DNA of 64,000 nucleotides from positions 2,110 through 66,109 of the forward strand of contig JAJZZM010000015.1 in assembly GCA_021797555.1 (NCBI GenBank). The letters are read 5' to 3'. Positions 10,364 to 20,204 of this stretch are shown piece by piece. Each line of letters opens with the position of its first letter. Position 1 is the stretch's first letter. The position numbers and the translations under genes are program-made. This DNA comes from Thermoplasmata archaeon. GTDB lineage: Archaea; Thermoplasmatota; Thermoplasmata; Thermoplasmatales; Thermoplasmataceae. The notes beneath the pieces are model-generated. The model made no database searches. It was not told the DNA's origin and was given only the letters and a program-made list of their open reading frames with translations.

Positions 10364-10828
10364 CAGAACCTTGGCATTATAAAGGATGGCATATACAAAA
10401 GGCTCGAATATTCTATTGAAAATTTAATAGACATTTTTTATATAATTAATTCGGATTTGGAGCTTGGAATACCAGGTGATGATTCCCCAATGATAGACAA
10501 CCTCTACAATAATGAAATTATAAGCATTGGAATTAGGAATTTAATGAAAAACATGAAGGGTTTCAGGAACATTATTGTCCACAGATATGGGAAAATAGAC
10601 GATAGACTTGCATATATATTCACAAAGGATAATATTAATGATTTTGATGTTATAATAAAATGCGTGGATAATATAATTCATAAATACTAATTAATACAAT
10701 AAAATTCACCAAATAAAATCCTAAATATGCCAAATTTATAAATGATATATAAATCAGTGTTTAATGAAATATTAATTATAATTCATAGTTATTTAATTTC
10801 AATTTAATTTAAAAAATATTGTTAAAAA

Positions 10829-12154
10829 TTATTTTTTCACATCGTGTATCATTTTACTATCAAGGCCTGCAAGACTCTTGGCCTTTGTTTCAAAGCCCTT
10901 TCTCTGCCATAATACTGTCATTATTAATGATAGTATAAATATGGACATAACAGCAGATGCGGGTATAATAAATGGCATTGTTGTATATGTTAAAAGTATT
11001 ATAACAATACCGGTGCCAACCCATACGGTAAATCTTACTATGGAAACATATGTGCCCCTTTTATGTGTTGGGAATATTTCTGGCTCAAGCATTCCACGTG
11101 CAGCCCACGTAACCTCTCCGGGAATGAAAAGAAGCACTATTAATGCAACAAGGATTATACCGGATGTGCTGTGTGTTAGGATTTCAAATATCCATAGAAT
11201 TCCCCAGAAAAGTACCAGTAATCCATATGACATTATTGTAAATGTTTTTCTTTTTAATTTTTCAACAACAACAAGACCTGTGATTATTCCGACTATTGTC
11301 ATTGTAAATCCACCGATTATTGGTATGTCATCTGCAAGCCCCAGTGAAAAATAACTGTAACCCACGCCATATGAAAAATAAACGAATGCAACGTCCTGTG
11401 CTATGCCTATTATAATAAGTATAAGGAAGCGCAATGGCAGTCCGATATTGGGCTTTACAGGTTCTGCATTATCATCTACCTGCCAGGCATCCTCAACGTC
11501 TGTTGTTGATTTTAATGTTGTCCATGGTATGCTTTCCTTAACATAGAACCATGAAAGGCCTAAAGCAATAAGGGGTGCTATGAAAAGCATTGATATTGCA
11601 AGCCTGCTTACTGCATCTGAAAGGTGCAGAAAAAGAGGAATAAATGTTAATGCAACCCCGATATTCCCAAAATTCTGAACTATGACAAGTGATTTGCCAC
11701 GTACATTTGCGGGCACAGACTCAACAATCATCGACAATATTGGTGTTTCCAGACCTATAGCAGCCATTCCAATAAGAATAAAAGATATTATAAGTGCAAT
11801 AAAGAATTTTGACAAAAATGCAAAGATTGTTATGCCAATAATAATCATTGCGGATGTAACCATGAATGAACCGCGCCTGCCAATTTTATCTGCAAGAGTG
11901 CCTGAAAAGAGTGCACCAACACCTCCGGCTATATATGGCAGGCTTAATCCAATAAAAAAGTATTTGGCAGGTAAAATTCCGCTTATTACTGAAACGGGTC
12001 CATAACTTTCGGCAACGCCATAAACAAGCATGCCCATTGCAAGTGCTATTAAAGCTACTATTGGAGTACCTTTTCTTACCTTTACTTCATTATTATATCC
12101 TTCCTTAAAATGGCCTGGCAAATTACTATCTGTATTATCAGTTCCCTGATCCAT
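10829..12154 (-). CDS. MFS transporter
   Basis: GTLADKIGRR motif A; EIFPTHKRG. Confidence 0.9.
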   Translation of the reverse strand: MDQGTDNTDSNLPGHFKEGYNNEVKVRKGTPIVALIALAMGMLVYGVAESYGPVSVISGILPAKYFFIGLSLPYIAGGVGALFSGTLADKIGRRGSFMVTSAMIIIGITIFAFLSKFFIALIISFILIGMAAIGLETPILSMIVESVPANVRGKSLVIVQNFGNIGVALTFIPLFLHLSDAVSRLAISMLFIAPLIALGLSWFYVKESIPWTTLKSTTDVEDAWQVDDNAEPVKPNIGLPLRFLILIIIGIAQDVAFVYFSYGVGYSYFSLGLADDIPIIGGFTMTIVGIITGLVVVEKLKRKTFTIMSYGLLVLFWGILWIFEILTHSTSGIILVALIVLLFIPGEVTWAARGMLEPEIFPTHKRGTYVSIVRFTVWVGTGIVIILLTYTTMPFIIPASAVMSIFILSLIMTVLWQRKGFETKAKSLAGLDSKMIHDVKK

Positions 12155-12373
12155 TATGGAAAAGATAAAAACTTTATAAAAAACTTTCTCAAAATTTTTC
12201 AGTAAAAATGAGATATATTATAAATTTTAATGTTGTTTATCTCAATATTATTCAGATTTCCGGACAAATTTAAATCAGGCAGCACCAGATTATATAAATG
12301 AATAAATCCGTATAATGATTTTAACATAACTCCATTGACCATGATCAGTGGATACCGTAACAATTATAATCAG

Positions 12374-12427
12374 CAAATTACAAAAACAGGAATTAAATGG
12401 AAAAGCAAAATTCGGGATGAATTAAAT
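12374..12427 (+). repeat. Degenerate copy of abiEii 5' region
   Basis: Near-identical to 18173-18222; more distant similarity to ~16565-16620. Confidence 0.6.
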
Positions 12428-12586
12428 TACATAAATTATTTGTTATATGGGCCCTTTACAGTGTTTAAATTTGAACTAATTGTAACCATTGATCATGGTT
12501 ATAATATATATGCTTAAAATCCTTATATAAGCAACCAATTTAATGATATTATAAAGTGATAAATATAAGAAAAACATTTTATATTA

Positions 12587-15500
12587 ATGCCAGATTATTC
12601 TGATATAAATATAATGCACGGAACATGCAAATTTGAAAACAATAGCCTATTTTTTGTAATATGGGTTGAGGGTAATAAAAAAACTGTAAGAAAAAAAGAA
12701 TTTTATCCATATTGTGGAAATCCCGCATTACTGAAACCTGATATCGAAGATATTATACCAGATGCTATATTTGATTATAAAACAACAGAAGTAAGCATCC
12801 CCTCATTTGGAAATAATCCATTGATATCAGACGAACTATCCGGCCTGGTGGAAATAAAAAGCGATAATAACGATACATTAACAATGAAAAAATGGAAAAT
12901 CAATGCAATTTATATTTCAATACCGTCTGCAATTAAATTGCTTTTACACATAAAAAACAGTAGCAAAAAGATGGGTCTGGTTTTTGGCTCGGATATAAAA
13001 TTCTGGATTTCCGTGTCAGAACTAATATTGGATTTAATGAAAAACGAAAAATTTATCCCCGGAATAGTTGAGGAAAACAGCAGCATCAGGTCAAAATGGA
13101 TGCCATTATTGGAAACATCGGATGAACAGGAAATTATATACAATTTATCACAAAATATGCCTGAGGCCTGCCTTATGATGAATTACGGCTATACGGACAG
13201 GGAATCATTATTAAGGTCATTCATCAATACTGCTGTGGATATGCTTGCAAGGGAATTTAGCGGCAATATTAATAAAATTAATTCAAGGAATTATGGTGAT
13301 ATATATAAATGGGTTGATTCACTTTCAAATGATAATAATCTAATATCATACAGCAGAAGCCTTGCTGTAATGAAAATAAATGAATGGACGCAGAAGATAT
13401 ACAAGCGTACCGAATCGCCTCTGAAAATGGGCTTCAGGATATATCCTCCGGAAAATGATGAAACAGACTGGAAACTGGAAATAATAATACAAAATAAATA
13501 TGACCCGGATTTTATTGCACAGCTTGGAGAGATAATGAACCGCAAAAGCAAAGCAGCCACTCTTATTAGGAAATTTACGGAATTTCCGGAGGAATTTGTT
13601 CTTGAGTCCATGGGCATTGCGTCAATGATTTTCCTACCATTGAAGAGATGGTATAAGGAATCGTTTCCGTCCATTATTTATTTATCCGCAGAAGAGGCAT
13701 ACAATATGCTCAAGGAATATGGCAATGCACTGATTGATTCAGGATTTGCATTTATTTTTCCTGAATGGTGGAACAAAAACAGAAATCCGGCATTAAAAAT
13801 TAATGTCAAAAATGAAAATGGCACTGGCGTATTAAATTCACAAACGCTTTTAAGATATAACCTTGATATTGACATTGATGGAGAAACCATATCAGAGGAA
13901 GAACTAAAGAAACTTTTAAACATGAAAATACCCTTGATAAAAATTTCAGGAAAATGGGTGGAAATAACATCAAAACAGATAAAAAGCATATTAAAAGCGA
14001 TAGAAAAAGGTAAAAACGGTGTAACCCTTCCTGAACTGCTTTCACTGGATATAGATAAGGATTCACTGCCTGTAAAGGAAATAATAGGTGACAAAAAAAT
14101 AATGGATTTAGTAAATCTCAACATAAAAAACGTCATTGTACCGTCATCGCTTCATGCCGAATTGCGTGATTATCAGAAAACCGGGTTGTCATGGCTTGCA
14201 AATACTGTGGGAACCGGATTTGGATGCTGCCTTGCAGATGATATGGGCCTTGGGAAAACCATAGAGGTAATTTCCTATATATTAAGCAGGAAAGAAAATA
14301 ATAATTCAAATGGAACAACATTGATAATATGTCCAACATCTGTAATTACAAACTGGGATCATGAAATAAAAAGATTTGCACCGGAATTAAATGTTCTTAT
14401 GCATCATGGCAGCAGAAGGGAAAAGGAAGAGGCTTTAATTTCCAGCATTCATAATTTTGATGTGGTTTTAACCTCATATTCCATTGCAACAAGGGATTAT
14501 TCTACACTGATAAATGTAAACTGGGATGGCATAATAATAGACGAGGCACAGTACATAAAAAACAGGTGGACAAAACAGAGCAATGCAATAAAATCATTTA
14601 AAAGCAATTACAGAATAGCCCTTACCGGCACTCCAATAGAAAACCGCCTGGATGAATTGTGGTCCATATTTGATTTCATAAATCCAGGATATCTAGGCCC
14701 GCAGAAAAAATTCAGGGAGAATTTTGAAATACCTGTTGAGAAGGGGAATGATAAGCATGCATTAAATGTATTATCAAGGCTGGCAAGGCCATTTATACTG
14801 AGGCGTCTTAAAAGCGATAAAAAGGTTGCACCGGATTTGCCCGAGAAAAATGAGATGAAATTATATGTTCCCGTAACCAAGGAGCAGTCAATACTATATG
14901 ATAAAATTGTAAACGGGATGATGAATGCAATAGAAGATTCTGACAATATAAAAAGAAGGGGAATAGTTCTTGCCGCCATAACCAAATTAAAAAGGATTTT
15001 AGATTATCCGTCGCTGGTAACAGAAGATAAGGATATAAGCATTGACAGATCACAAAAACTCAGAAGATTGATTGATATGATCTATGAAATAAGATCAGAT
15101 AATGAAAAGGTGCTAATTTTTACACAGTATAAGGATGCAGGAAAAATATTAAAGGAGGTAATGCAAAAAGAAATGAATGAGGAGGTTTTATTTCTGAGCG
15201 GAGAATCCAGCAGAAAGCTAAGGGATACCATGGTTAACCGTTTCCAGAAAGAATCGGGTCCTGCAATATTTATTATATCATTAAGGGCAGGAGGTTTTGG
15301 CCTTAACCTTACAGCCGCAACAAATGTAATACATTTTGACAGGTGGTGGAATCCATCAGTGGAAAATCAGGCCACAGACAGGGCTTACAGAATAGGCCAG
15401 ACAAGGAATGTTAATGTTTACAAATTTATTACGTCTGGAACTGTAGAGGAAAAAATAGATGAATTAATTGAATCCAAATCCATGATCCTTGATCAGGTGG

Positions 15501-15601
15501 TCTCTTCCGGCGAGGGATGGATTACAAACCTATCCAATGATAAATTAAAGGAAATACTGGCGTTGAGAAAGGATTCAATAGAATCTTCAGAGGTGGAGTA
15601 A
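12587..15601 (+). CDS. SNF2/SWI2-family helicase/translocase (DUF3670-type N-terminus)
   Basis: LADDMGLGKT, DEAQ, TGTPIEN, DRWWNP, QATDRAYRIGQ. Confidence 0.95.
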   Translation: MPDYSDINIMHGTCKFENNSLFFVIWVEGNKKTVRKKEFYPYCGNPALLKPDIEDIIPDAIFDYKTTEVSIPSFGNNPLISDELSGLVEIKSDNNDTLTMKKWKINAIYISIPSAIKLLLHIKNSSKKMGLVFGSDIKFWISVSELILDLMKNEKFIPGIVEENSSIRSKWMPLLETSDEQEIIYNLSQNMPEACLMMNYGYTDRESLLRSFINTAVDMLAREFSGNINKINSRNYGDIYKWVDSLSNDNNLISYSRSLAVMKINEWTQKIYKRTESPLKMGFRIYPPENDETDWKLEIIIQNKYDPDFIAQLGEIMNRKSKAATLIRKFTEFPEEFVLESMGIASMIFLPLKRWYKESFPSIIYLSAEEAYNMLKEYGNALIDSGFAFIFPEWWNKNRNPALKINVKNENGTGVLNSQTLLRYNLDIDIDGETISEEELKKLLNMKIPLIKISGKWVEITSKQIKSILKAIEKGKNGVTLPELLSLDIDKDSLPVKEIIGDKKIMDLVNLNIKNVIVPSSLHAELRDYQKTGLSWLANTVGTGFGCCLADDMGLGKTIEVISYILSRKENNNSNGTTLIICPTSVITNWDHEIKRFAPELNVLMHHGSRREKEEALISSIHNFDVVLTSYSIATRDYSTLINVNWDGIIIDEAQYIKNRWTKQSNAIKSFKSNYRIALTGTPIENRLDELWSIFDFINPGYLGPQKKFRENFEIPVEKGNDKHALNVLSRLARPFILRRLKSDKKVAPDLPEKNEMKLYVPVTKEQSILYDKIVNGMMNAIEDSDNIKRRGIVLAAITKLKRILDYPSLVTEDKDISIDRSQKLRRLIDMIYEIRSDNEKVLIFTQYKDAGKILKEVMQKEMNEEVLFLSGESSRKLRDTMVNRFQKESGPAIFIISLRAGGFGLNLTAATNVIHFDRWWNPSVENQATDRAYRIGQTRNVNVYKFITSGTVEEKIDELIESKSMILDQVVSSGEGWITNLSNDKLKEILALRKDSIESSEVE

Positions 15602-16423
15602 ATGCCAAAAAGGAAAGAATATTATTATAAGCCGTCAAAACCCAGGGAAGCGAAAGGCGGCATAAAGGCCCATACCAAAAGGGGTGAAATTGGATCCAAA
15701 TGGTATTCAAAGAAATTAATAAGCGTTTTAAAGTCATACGGATGGGAAAACCGGTTATCAAGAGGCGCAAGATACGCCAGGACCGGACAGGTTATTAAAA
15801 TAAACATAGATAAAGGCAACGTTGAGGCATATGTACAGGGGTCACGTTCAAAACCATACCATATTAAAATAATATTTCCGGCAATCCCTGAAGAGCAGTG
15901 GAAAAATATTTTTAAGATGCTTAATGAACATAAAGAGGTGGTATCAGAATTATTGAATGATAATGTTCCTCCTGAGTTTGAAGATTTGTTAGAAAAAATG
16001 AATACCTCATTATTTATTAAAAAACCTAATGATATTCATATGTCATGCACATGCCCTGATTATGCTGTGCCATGCAAGCACATAGCTGCTGTTTTCTATA
16101 TACTTGCAGAGAATTTTGACACAGATCCATTTTTAATGCTTCTTTTAAGGGGAAAAAATAAGCAGGATATTATGTCTGCAGTTTCAAACACTAATGAATC
16201 CAATAGCACTGAAATACCAGAAATTGAAAATAATAAAGTGGATTTATATACATTCTGGTCAGGGAATGATATGAAAACTGTAAGAATAGATATGGTTAAA
16301 TCAAATCCATTAAGCCGCTATCCTTTGCCTGATGAACTCAACGAACCTGAAATTATGAAAATACTTTTTGAGTATTATAATAACATAAAAAAAGGTGCGG
16401 AAAAACTTGAAAATAATAGATAA
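15602..16423 (+). CDS. SWIM zinc-finger protein
   Basis: CTCPDYAVPCKH; abuts the SNF2 gene. Confidence 0.9.
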   Translation: MPKRKEYYYKPSKPREAKGGIKAHTKRGEIGSKWYSKKLISVLKSYGWENRLSRGARYARTGQVIKINIDKGNVEAYVQGSRSKPYHIKIIFPAIPEEQWKNIFKMLNEHKEVVSELLNDNVPPEFEDLLEKMNTSLFIKKPNDIHMSCTCPDYAVPCKHIAAVFYILAENFDTDPFLMLLLRGKNKQDIMSAVSNTNESNSTEIPEIENNKVDLYTFWSGNDMKTVRIDMVKSNPLSRYPLPDELNEPEIMKILFEYYNNIKKGAEKLENNR

Positions 16424-16509
16424 GTAATAATTTTGATATTGATGGCCAGACAATATTATTAATTATATTTGATAAATATCTATTAATATGTTAAATTAGA
16501 AATAACCAG

Positions 16510-16529
16510 AGTTATATTTTTATATAACT
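16510..16529. promoter_or_regulatory. Palindromic operator over the abiE promoter
   Basis: AGTTATAT-TTTT-ATATAACT, 15 nt before the ATG. Confidence 0.6.
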
Positions 16530-16544
16530 TTTGTATATCACGTT

Positions 16545-17201
16545 ATGAAACTTCCAATAATTAAACAGTTAAAAAATAGAATTCAAATAGAAACAGCCAA
16601 ATTGCAGGATGAGTTAATCATTTTATTATACAGTATAGATAATTCCCTGATTATACACGGAGGCACCTCTTTATGGAGATGTTATTCCGGATATCGTTTT
16701 TCAGAGGACATTGATTTATATTCCTTTGATTTTCCCGATTATGTAAATAATTTTAAAAATGAAGTTCAATCACATGGACTTAAACTATTGAAATTAAAGG
16801 ACACAGGAAATATATTTTTTTCCAATATATCTGAAAACAGTGTAAATGTAAAAATAGAAATTAACCATAAATATTACCCGGAGAATCCGGTGGAAATGGA
16901 ATATGAACTTGTTGATGGCAATACCATAAATGTATTGACATTATCCCCTGAAGACCTTATTAAAGAAAAAATACTGGCATATAACAATAGAAGGTTTATC
17001 AGGGATTTATATGATATATACATTTTAATAAAACATGTTAATCATCCTGAATTAATTAAGGAAAATCTGGTAAATTTTATAAATAATATACAGAAACCTG
17101 TTGATGAGGATGTATTAAGGACGCTGGTATACCTTGGTTTACCGCCATCATATAATAAAATGCTTGATTATATTAATCAGTACATAAATTCATTGAAGTG
17201 A
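16545..17201 (+). CDS. abiEii: AbiEii/AbiGii nucleotidyltransferase toxin (type IV TA)
   Basis: HGGTSL, RFSEDIDL, EKILA, RDLYD. Confidence 0.9.
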   Translation: MKLPIIKQLKNRIQIETAKLQDELIILLYSIDNSLIIHGGTSLWRCYSGYRFSEDIDLYSFDFPDYVNNFKNEVQSHGLKLLKLKDTGNIFFSNISENSVNVKIEINHKYYPENPVEMEYELVDGNTINVLTLSPEDLIKEKILAYNNRRFIRDLYDIYILIKHVNHPELIKENLVNFINNIQKPVDEDVLRTLVYLGLPPSYNKMLDYINQYINSLK

Positions 17202-17803
17202 TATTTATGAAATATGTGAAACAATTTTTTAATACCTTCCAGAATAAATACGTATTCTCGGCAAATGATGTTAAAAGGTTTTTCTCTTTTAGAAAGGCAA
17301 ATAATGATTATTATAAGATATTTCTATATAAACTGATGAAGGAGGATAAAATAAACAAAATTAGGTATGGTTATTACAGTTTTTATAATGATATTATGTT
17401 AACTGGCTTTTCATACTATCCATTTTATTACGGCCTTGAAAATGCGTTATCAATATTGAAACTATGGGAACAGGAAACAAATCCGGTGATAATTACGCCT
17501 TTGCATGTTAGAACAGGATTAATGCAGTTTAATAACAGAAATTATATTGTCAGAAAAATCTCAAGGGAAATGTTTTTTGGATATACCTATGTAAAATATT
17601 TTGATTTTTATATTCCTGTTTCTGATATTGAAAAGACTTTAATAGATTTAATTTATTATAATGAAAAAATACCTTCAGAGTTATTTAATGAACTGAAGTA
17701 TAAAGCAAATAAAAATGTATTAAAAATGTACATTTCTAAAATAAAGGAAAATAGAGTAAAAAATAAAATAATAAAGTTTACAAATATTTCTGGTAAACTT
17801 TAA
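17198..17803 (+). CDS. abiEi: AbiEi-like antitoxin/regulator
   Basis: N-terminal wHTH (KIRYGYY), YYGLENAL, SDIEKTLID. Confidence 0.8.
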   Translation: MIFMKYVKQFFNTFQNKYVFSANDVKRFFSFRKANNDYYKIFLYKLMKEDKINKIRYGYYSFYNDIMLTGFSYYPFYYGLENALSILKLWEQETNPVIITPLHVRTGLMQFNNRNYIVRKISREMFFGYTYVKYFDFYIPVSDIEKTLIDLIYYNEKIPSELFNELKYKANKNVLKMYISKIKENRVKNKIIKFTNISGKL

Positions 17804-17851
17804 TATAAACTTATAATTAAATTTTATATAATATTATAAAATATAATTAAT

Positions 17852-18076
17852 ATGAATATTATTTCCATAACAATACCTGAAGAATTAAAAAGGGAATTAA
17901 AAGAATATAAAATAAATTATAACAATGAGGTTAGAAAATATCTTGAATTATTAGTTAAAAAGGAAAAGATAAAGGAAAAATTAAATGATATAAATAATAA
18001 TAGAAGCAAAATGAAAGCAAAATATGGAATTTTTGATGATTCATACAAATTAATAAGAAATGACCGTGATAGATAA
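17852..18076 (+). CDS. VapB-type antitoxin; partner toxin absent
   Basis: ISITIPEELK, INYNNEVR, C-terminal LIRNDRDR; no intact PIN ORF follows. Confidence 0.7.
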   Translation: MNIISITIPEELKRELKEYKINYNNEVRKYLELLVKKEKIKEKLNDINNNRSKMKAKYGIFDDSYKLIRNDRDR

Positions 18077-18120
18077 TAAAGATACATTTCTCAACATCAG
18101 CCACAATATTTAAAATAACA

Positions 18121-18230
18121 AAGGTTATATTTTTATATAACTTCTGTATATTATAAAACCTCCAATAATTAACAAATTACAAAAATGGAAATTAAATGGA
18201 AAAGCAAAATTTGGATGAATTAATATTATT
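18121..18230 (+). repeat. Degenerate copy of abiEii promoter and 5' end
   Basis: GGTTATATTTTTATATAACT palindrome and eroded start region matching 16508-16630. Confidence 0.75.
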
Positions 18231-18649
18231 ATAATAATATATATCTAATTCATTTTTTATTTATTAATGGCATTTTGAATGTTTATAAAAATAAATTTCA
18301 AATCAGCCCAATAAAAATTTCGATAAGGAGATAAAATAAATTTTTTACATTATTAAATTCTTTAATGTTTTATAATTCATGTTATAATATTGAAATTATT
18401 GCAATGTAATTCATCTCCTCCTTTCTTTTATGTTTTTATTAAAATTTCCCTATGAATTATAATCGCTTAATATTCTATAATCACCAATTTATATAAATCC
18501 ACATAACATTATATTTTGATATATTTAAATTTGATTCTTATGTGGTCCATTTTATAAGGAATTTGAACCACACATAATATATATTACTGTAAATAATCCA
18601 TAAGCATATGCAACAAATATTATTATATTAATTTCCAATATATACATAT

Positions 18650-19303
18650 ATGGAGCAATCCAATAAAAAAATAAAGGCAATAAAAAGGGGGGGTATCAAG
18701 AGTGACGTAATTAATATTTTAAATGAAAATAATACCTTTAAATGGATGATTAATACAGGTGTTGTTAATTACAATTCATTATCACGCATAATTCAGGATG
18801 AAATAAAAAAGAAATATGGTTATAACCCAAAAATAAATACAATATCAACAATTTTAAGGAAAAATTATAACATGGCAAAACAGAAAACTGAAAACAATCC
18901 ATTTTACGATATGAAAATTAATATTATTACAGGGCTTTCACTCCTGTCATGTGATTATAATGTTGATGTAACAAATGCATACTTCCCTTATTCCCGTGCA
19001 ATACGTATAACACCGGAGAATAATACCATGTGGGTTATGATTTCCGGGGAAACGCCAGAAAGTATTATAAAATCATACCCGGGAAAATTATATGGTGATT
19101 ATATTGAAATTAATATTACTATAGATAAAAATAAAATGAATGAAGACTCAATACAGATGTTTCTGGAAACACTATCATTTAATTACATAAATGTTTCACA
19201 GTTTATGATGTCAAGGGATGGCTTTGAATTATTCATCAGTGCAAAATATCTTGACAGGGTATTAAAACTTATAGAGACAATAAGATCCAACAGGCATTTT
19301 TAA
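18650..19303 (+). CDS. Putative regulator (N-terminal helical domain plus ACT-like C-terminus)
   Basis: GVVNYNSLSR motif typical of an archaeal ACT-containing family. Confidence 0.55.
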   Translation: MEQSNKKIKAIKRGGIKSDVINILNENNTFKWMINTGVVNYNSLSRIIQDEIKKKYGYNPKINTISTILRKNYNMAKQKTENNPFYDMKINIITGLSLLSCDYNVDVTNAYFPYSRAIRITPENNTMWVMISGETPESIIKSYPGKLYGDYIEINITIDKNKMNEDSIQMFLETLSFNYINVSQFMMSRDGFELFISAKYLDRVLKLIETIRSNRHF

Positions 19304-19366
19304 TTTAAATTTAGTTTTTACTTAAATATTTTAATAATTTCTATGTGTGGGAATTTTATAATCTGC

Positions 19367-19417
19367 ATAATAATCTTAAATAAGATTATTATTAATATTA
19401 ATTCTTAAATAAGATTA
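19367..19417. promoter_or_regulatory. Tandem palindromic operator sites
   Basis: Perfect ATAATAATCTTA-AA-TAAGATTATTAT and a second core TCTTAAATAAGA just upstream of TTTAAATA. Confidence 0.65.
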
Positions 19418-19445
19418 TTTAAATACGATAATTACATATATAATT

Positions 19446-20198
19446 ATGTACATATTTTATCTGGAATTTATTGTACTTGGAATAATAGTTGGTGCATTAA
19501 CCGGCGTTCTTGGATCCAGTGGCGTTGTTGCTGTTGTTCCTGCATTAATAATTATAAATTCCGAATTGCCACAGGATGCCATAGGCACAAGTTTACTGAT
19601 AGATGTTATTACCTCGCTTATAGTTGCATATGTATATTTCAGGAGGGGAAGGGTAAACATAAAAAAGGGCATACCTATGATTATCGGTGCGATAATAGGG
19701 TCCCAGATTGGTGTCAGGGTAGCATTCCTCATTCCTCCGGTGTATATAAAAATAGGTTTTGCCGTTTTTATAATTGCCATGGGCATTTATTCATTATTTA
19801 GAAATAAAAACATGCATAAAAAAGAAGGCATGAAAAATATAAATATCAATTCATATGAGGTGGTTCTAATAGCAATACCAGTAGGGCTTGCAACTGGAAT
19901 ACTCGGGGCCAGCGGAGGAATAATGTTTCTTATTATATCAATTTTAATACTGAAACTGGATATAAAAACTGCGGTGGGGACAGCGACGTTTGCAATGATA
20001 ATTTCAGCTCTTTCTGGCACTATTGGCTATCTTATTGTTGGACATATAGTAATTCTGGCTGCCATTGTTATAGGAATTGTATCAATAATATCCGGATTTA
20101 TCTTTTCCAGGATAGGGAATAATCTAAATCCATTAAAAACATATAAAATCCTTGGAACTGTTTTTATAATAATAGGGGTGGTCCAGATAGTTTTGTGA
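19446..20198 (+). CDS. TauE/SafE (TSUP) family permease
   Basis: GVLGSSG / GILGASGG internal repeats, AIGTSL. Confidence 0.9.
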   Translation: MYIFYLEFIVLGIIVGALTGVLGSSGVVAVVPALIIINSELPQDAIGTSLLIDVITSLIVAYVYFRRGRVNIKKGIPMIIGAIIGSQIGVRVAFLIPPVYIKIGFAVFIIAMGIYSLFRNKNMHKKEGMKNININSYEVVLIAIPVGLATGILGASGGIMFLIISILILKLDIKTAVGTATFAMIISALSGTIGYLIVGHIVILAAIVIGIVSIISGFIFSRIGNNLNPLKTYKILGTVFIIIGVVQIVL

Positions 20199-20204
20199 TG
20201 TTTT

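Larger units (their letters stand above)
8682..10690 (+). pseudogene. HEPN (DUF86/HepT) toxin split by an IS insertion (parts 8682-8753 and 10344-10690)
   Basis: Removing 8754-10343 restores WDNL-PDSFDEFQNLGIIKDG; RNIIVHRY (Rx4HxY); one extra frameshift near 8717. Confidence 0.85.

Noticed and set aside
12335..12517. 60-aa ORF
   Set aside because: Overlaps a decayed abiEii-like fragment; not a credible gene
18541..18573. TGTGGT...ACCACA inverted repeat
   Set aside because: Short arms with a long spacer; could be chance
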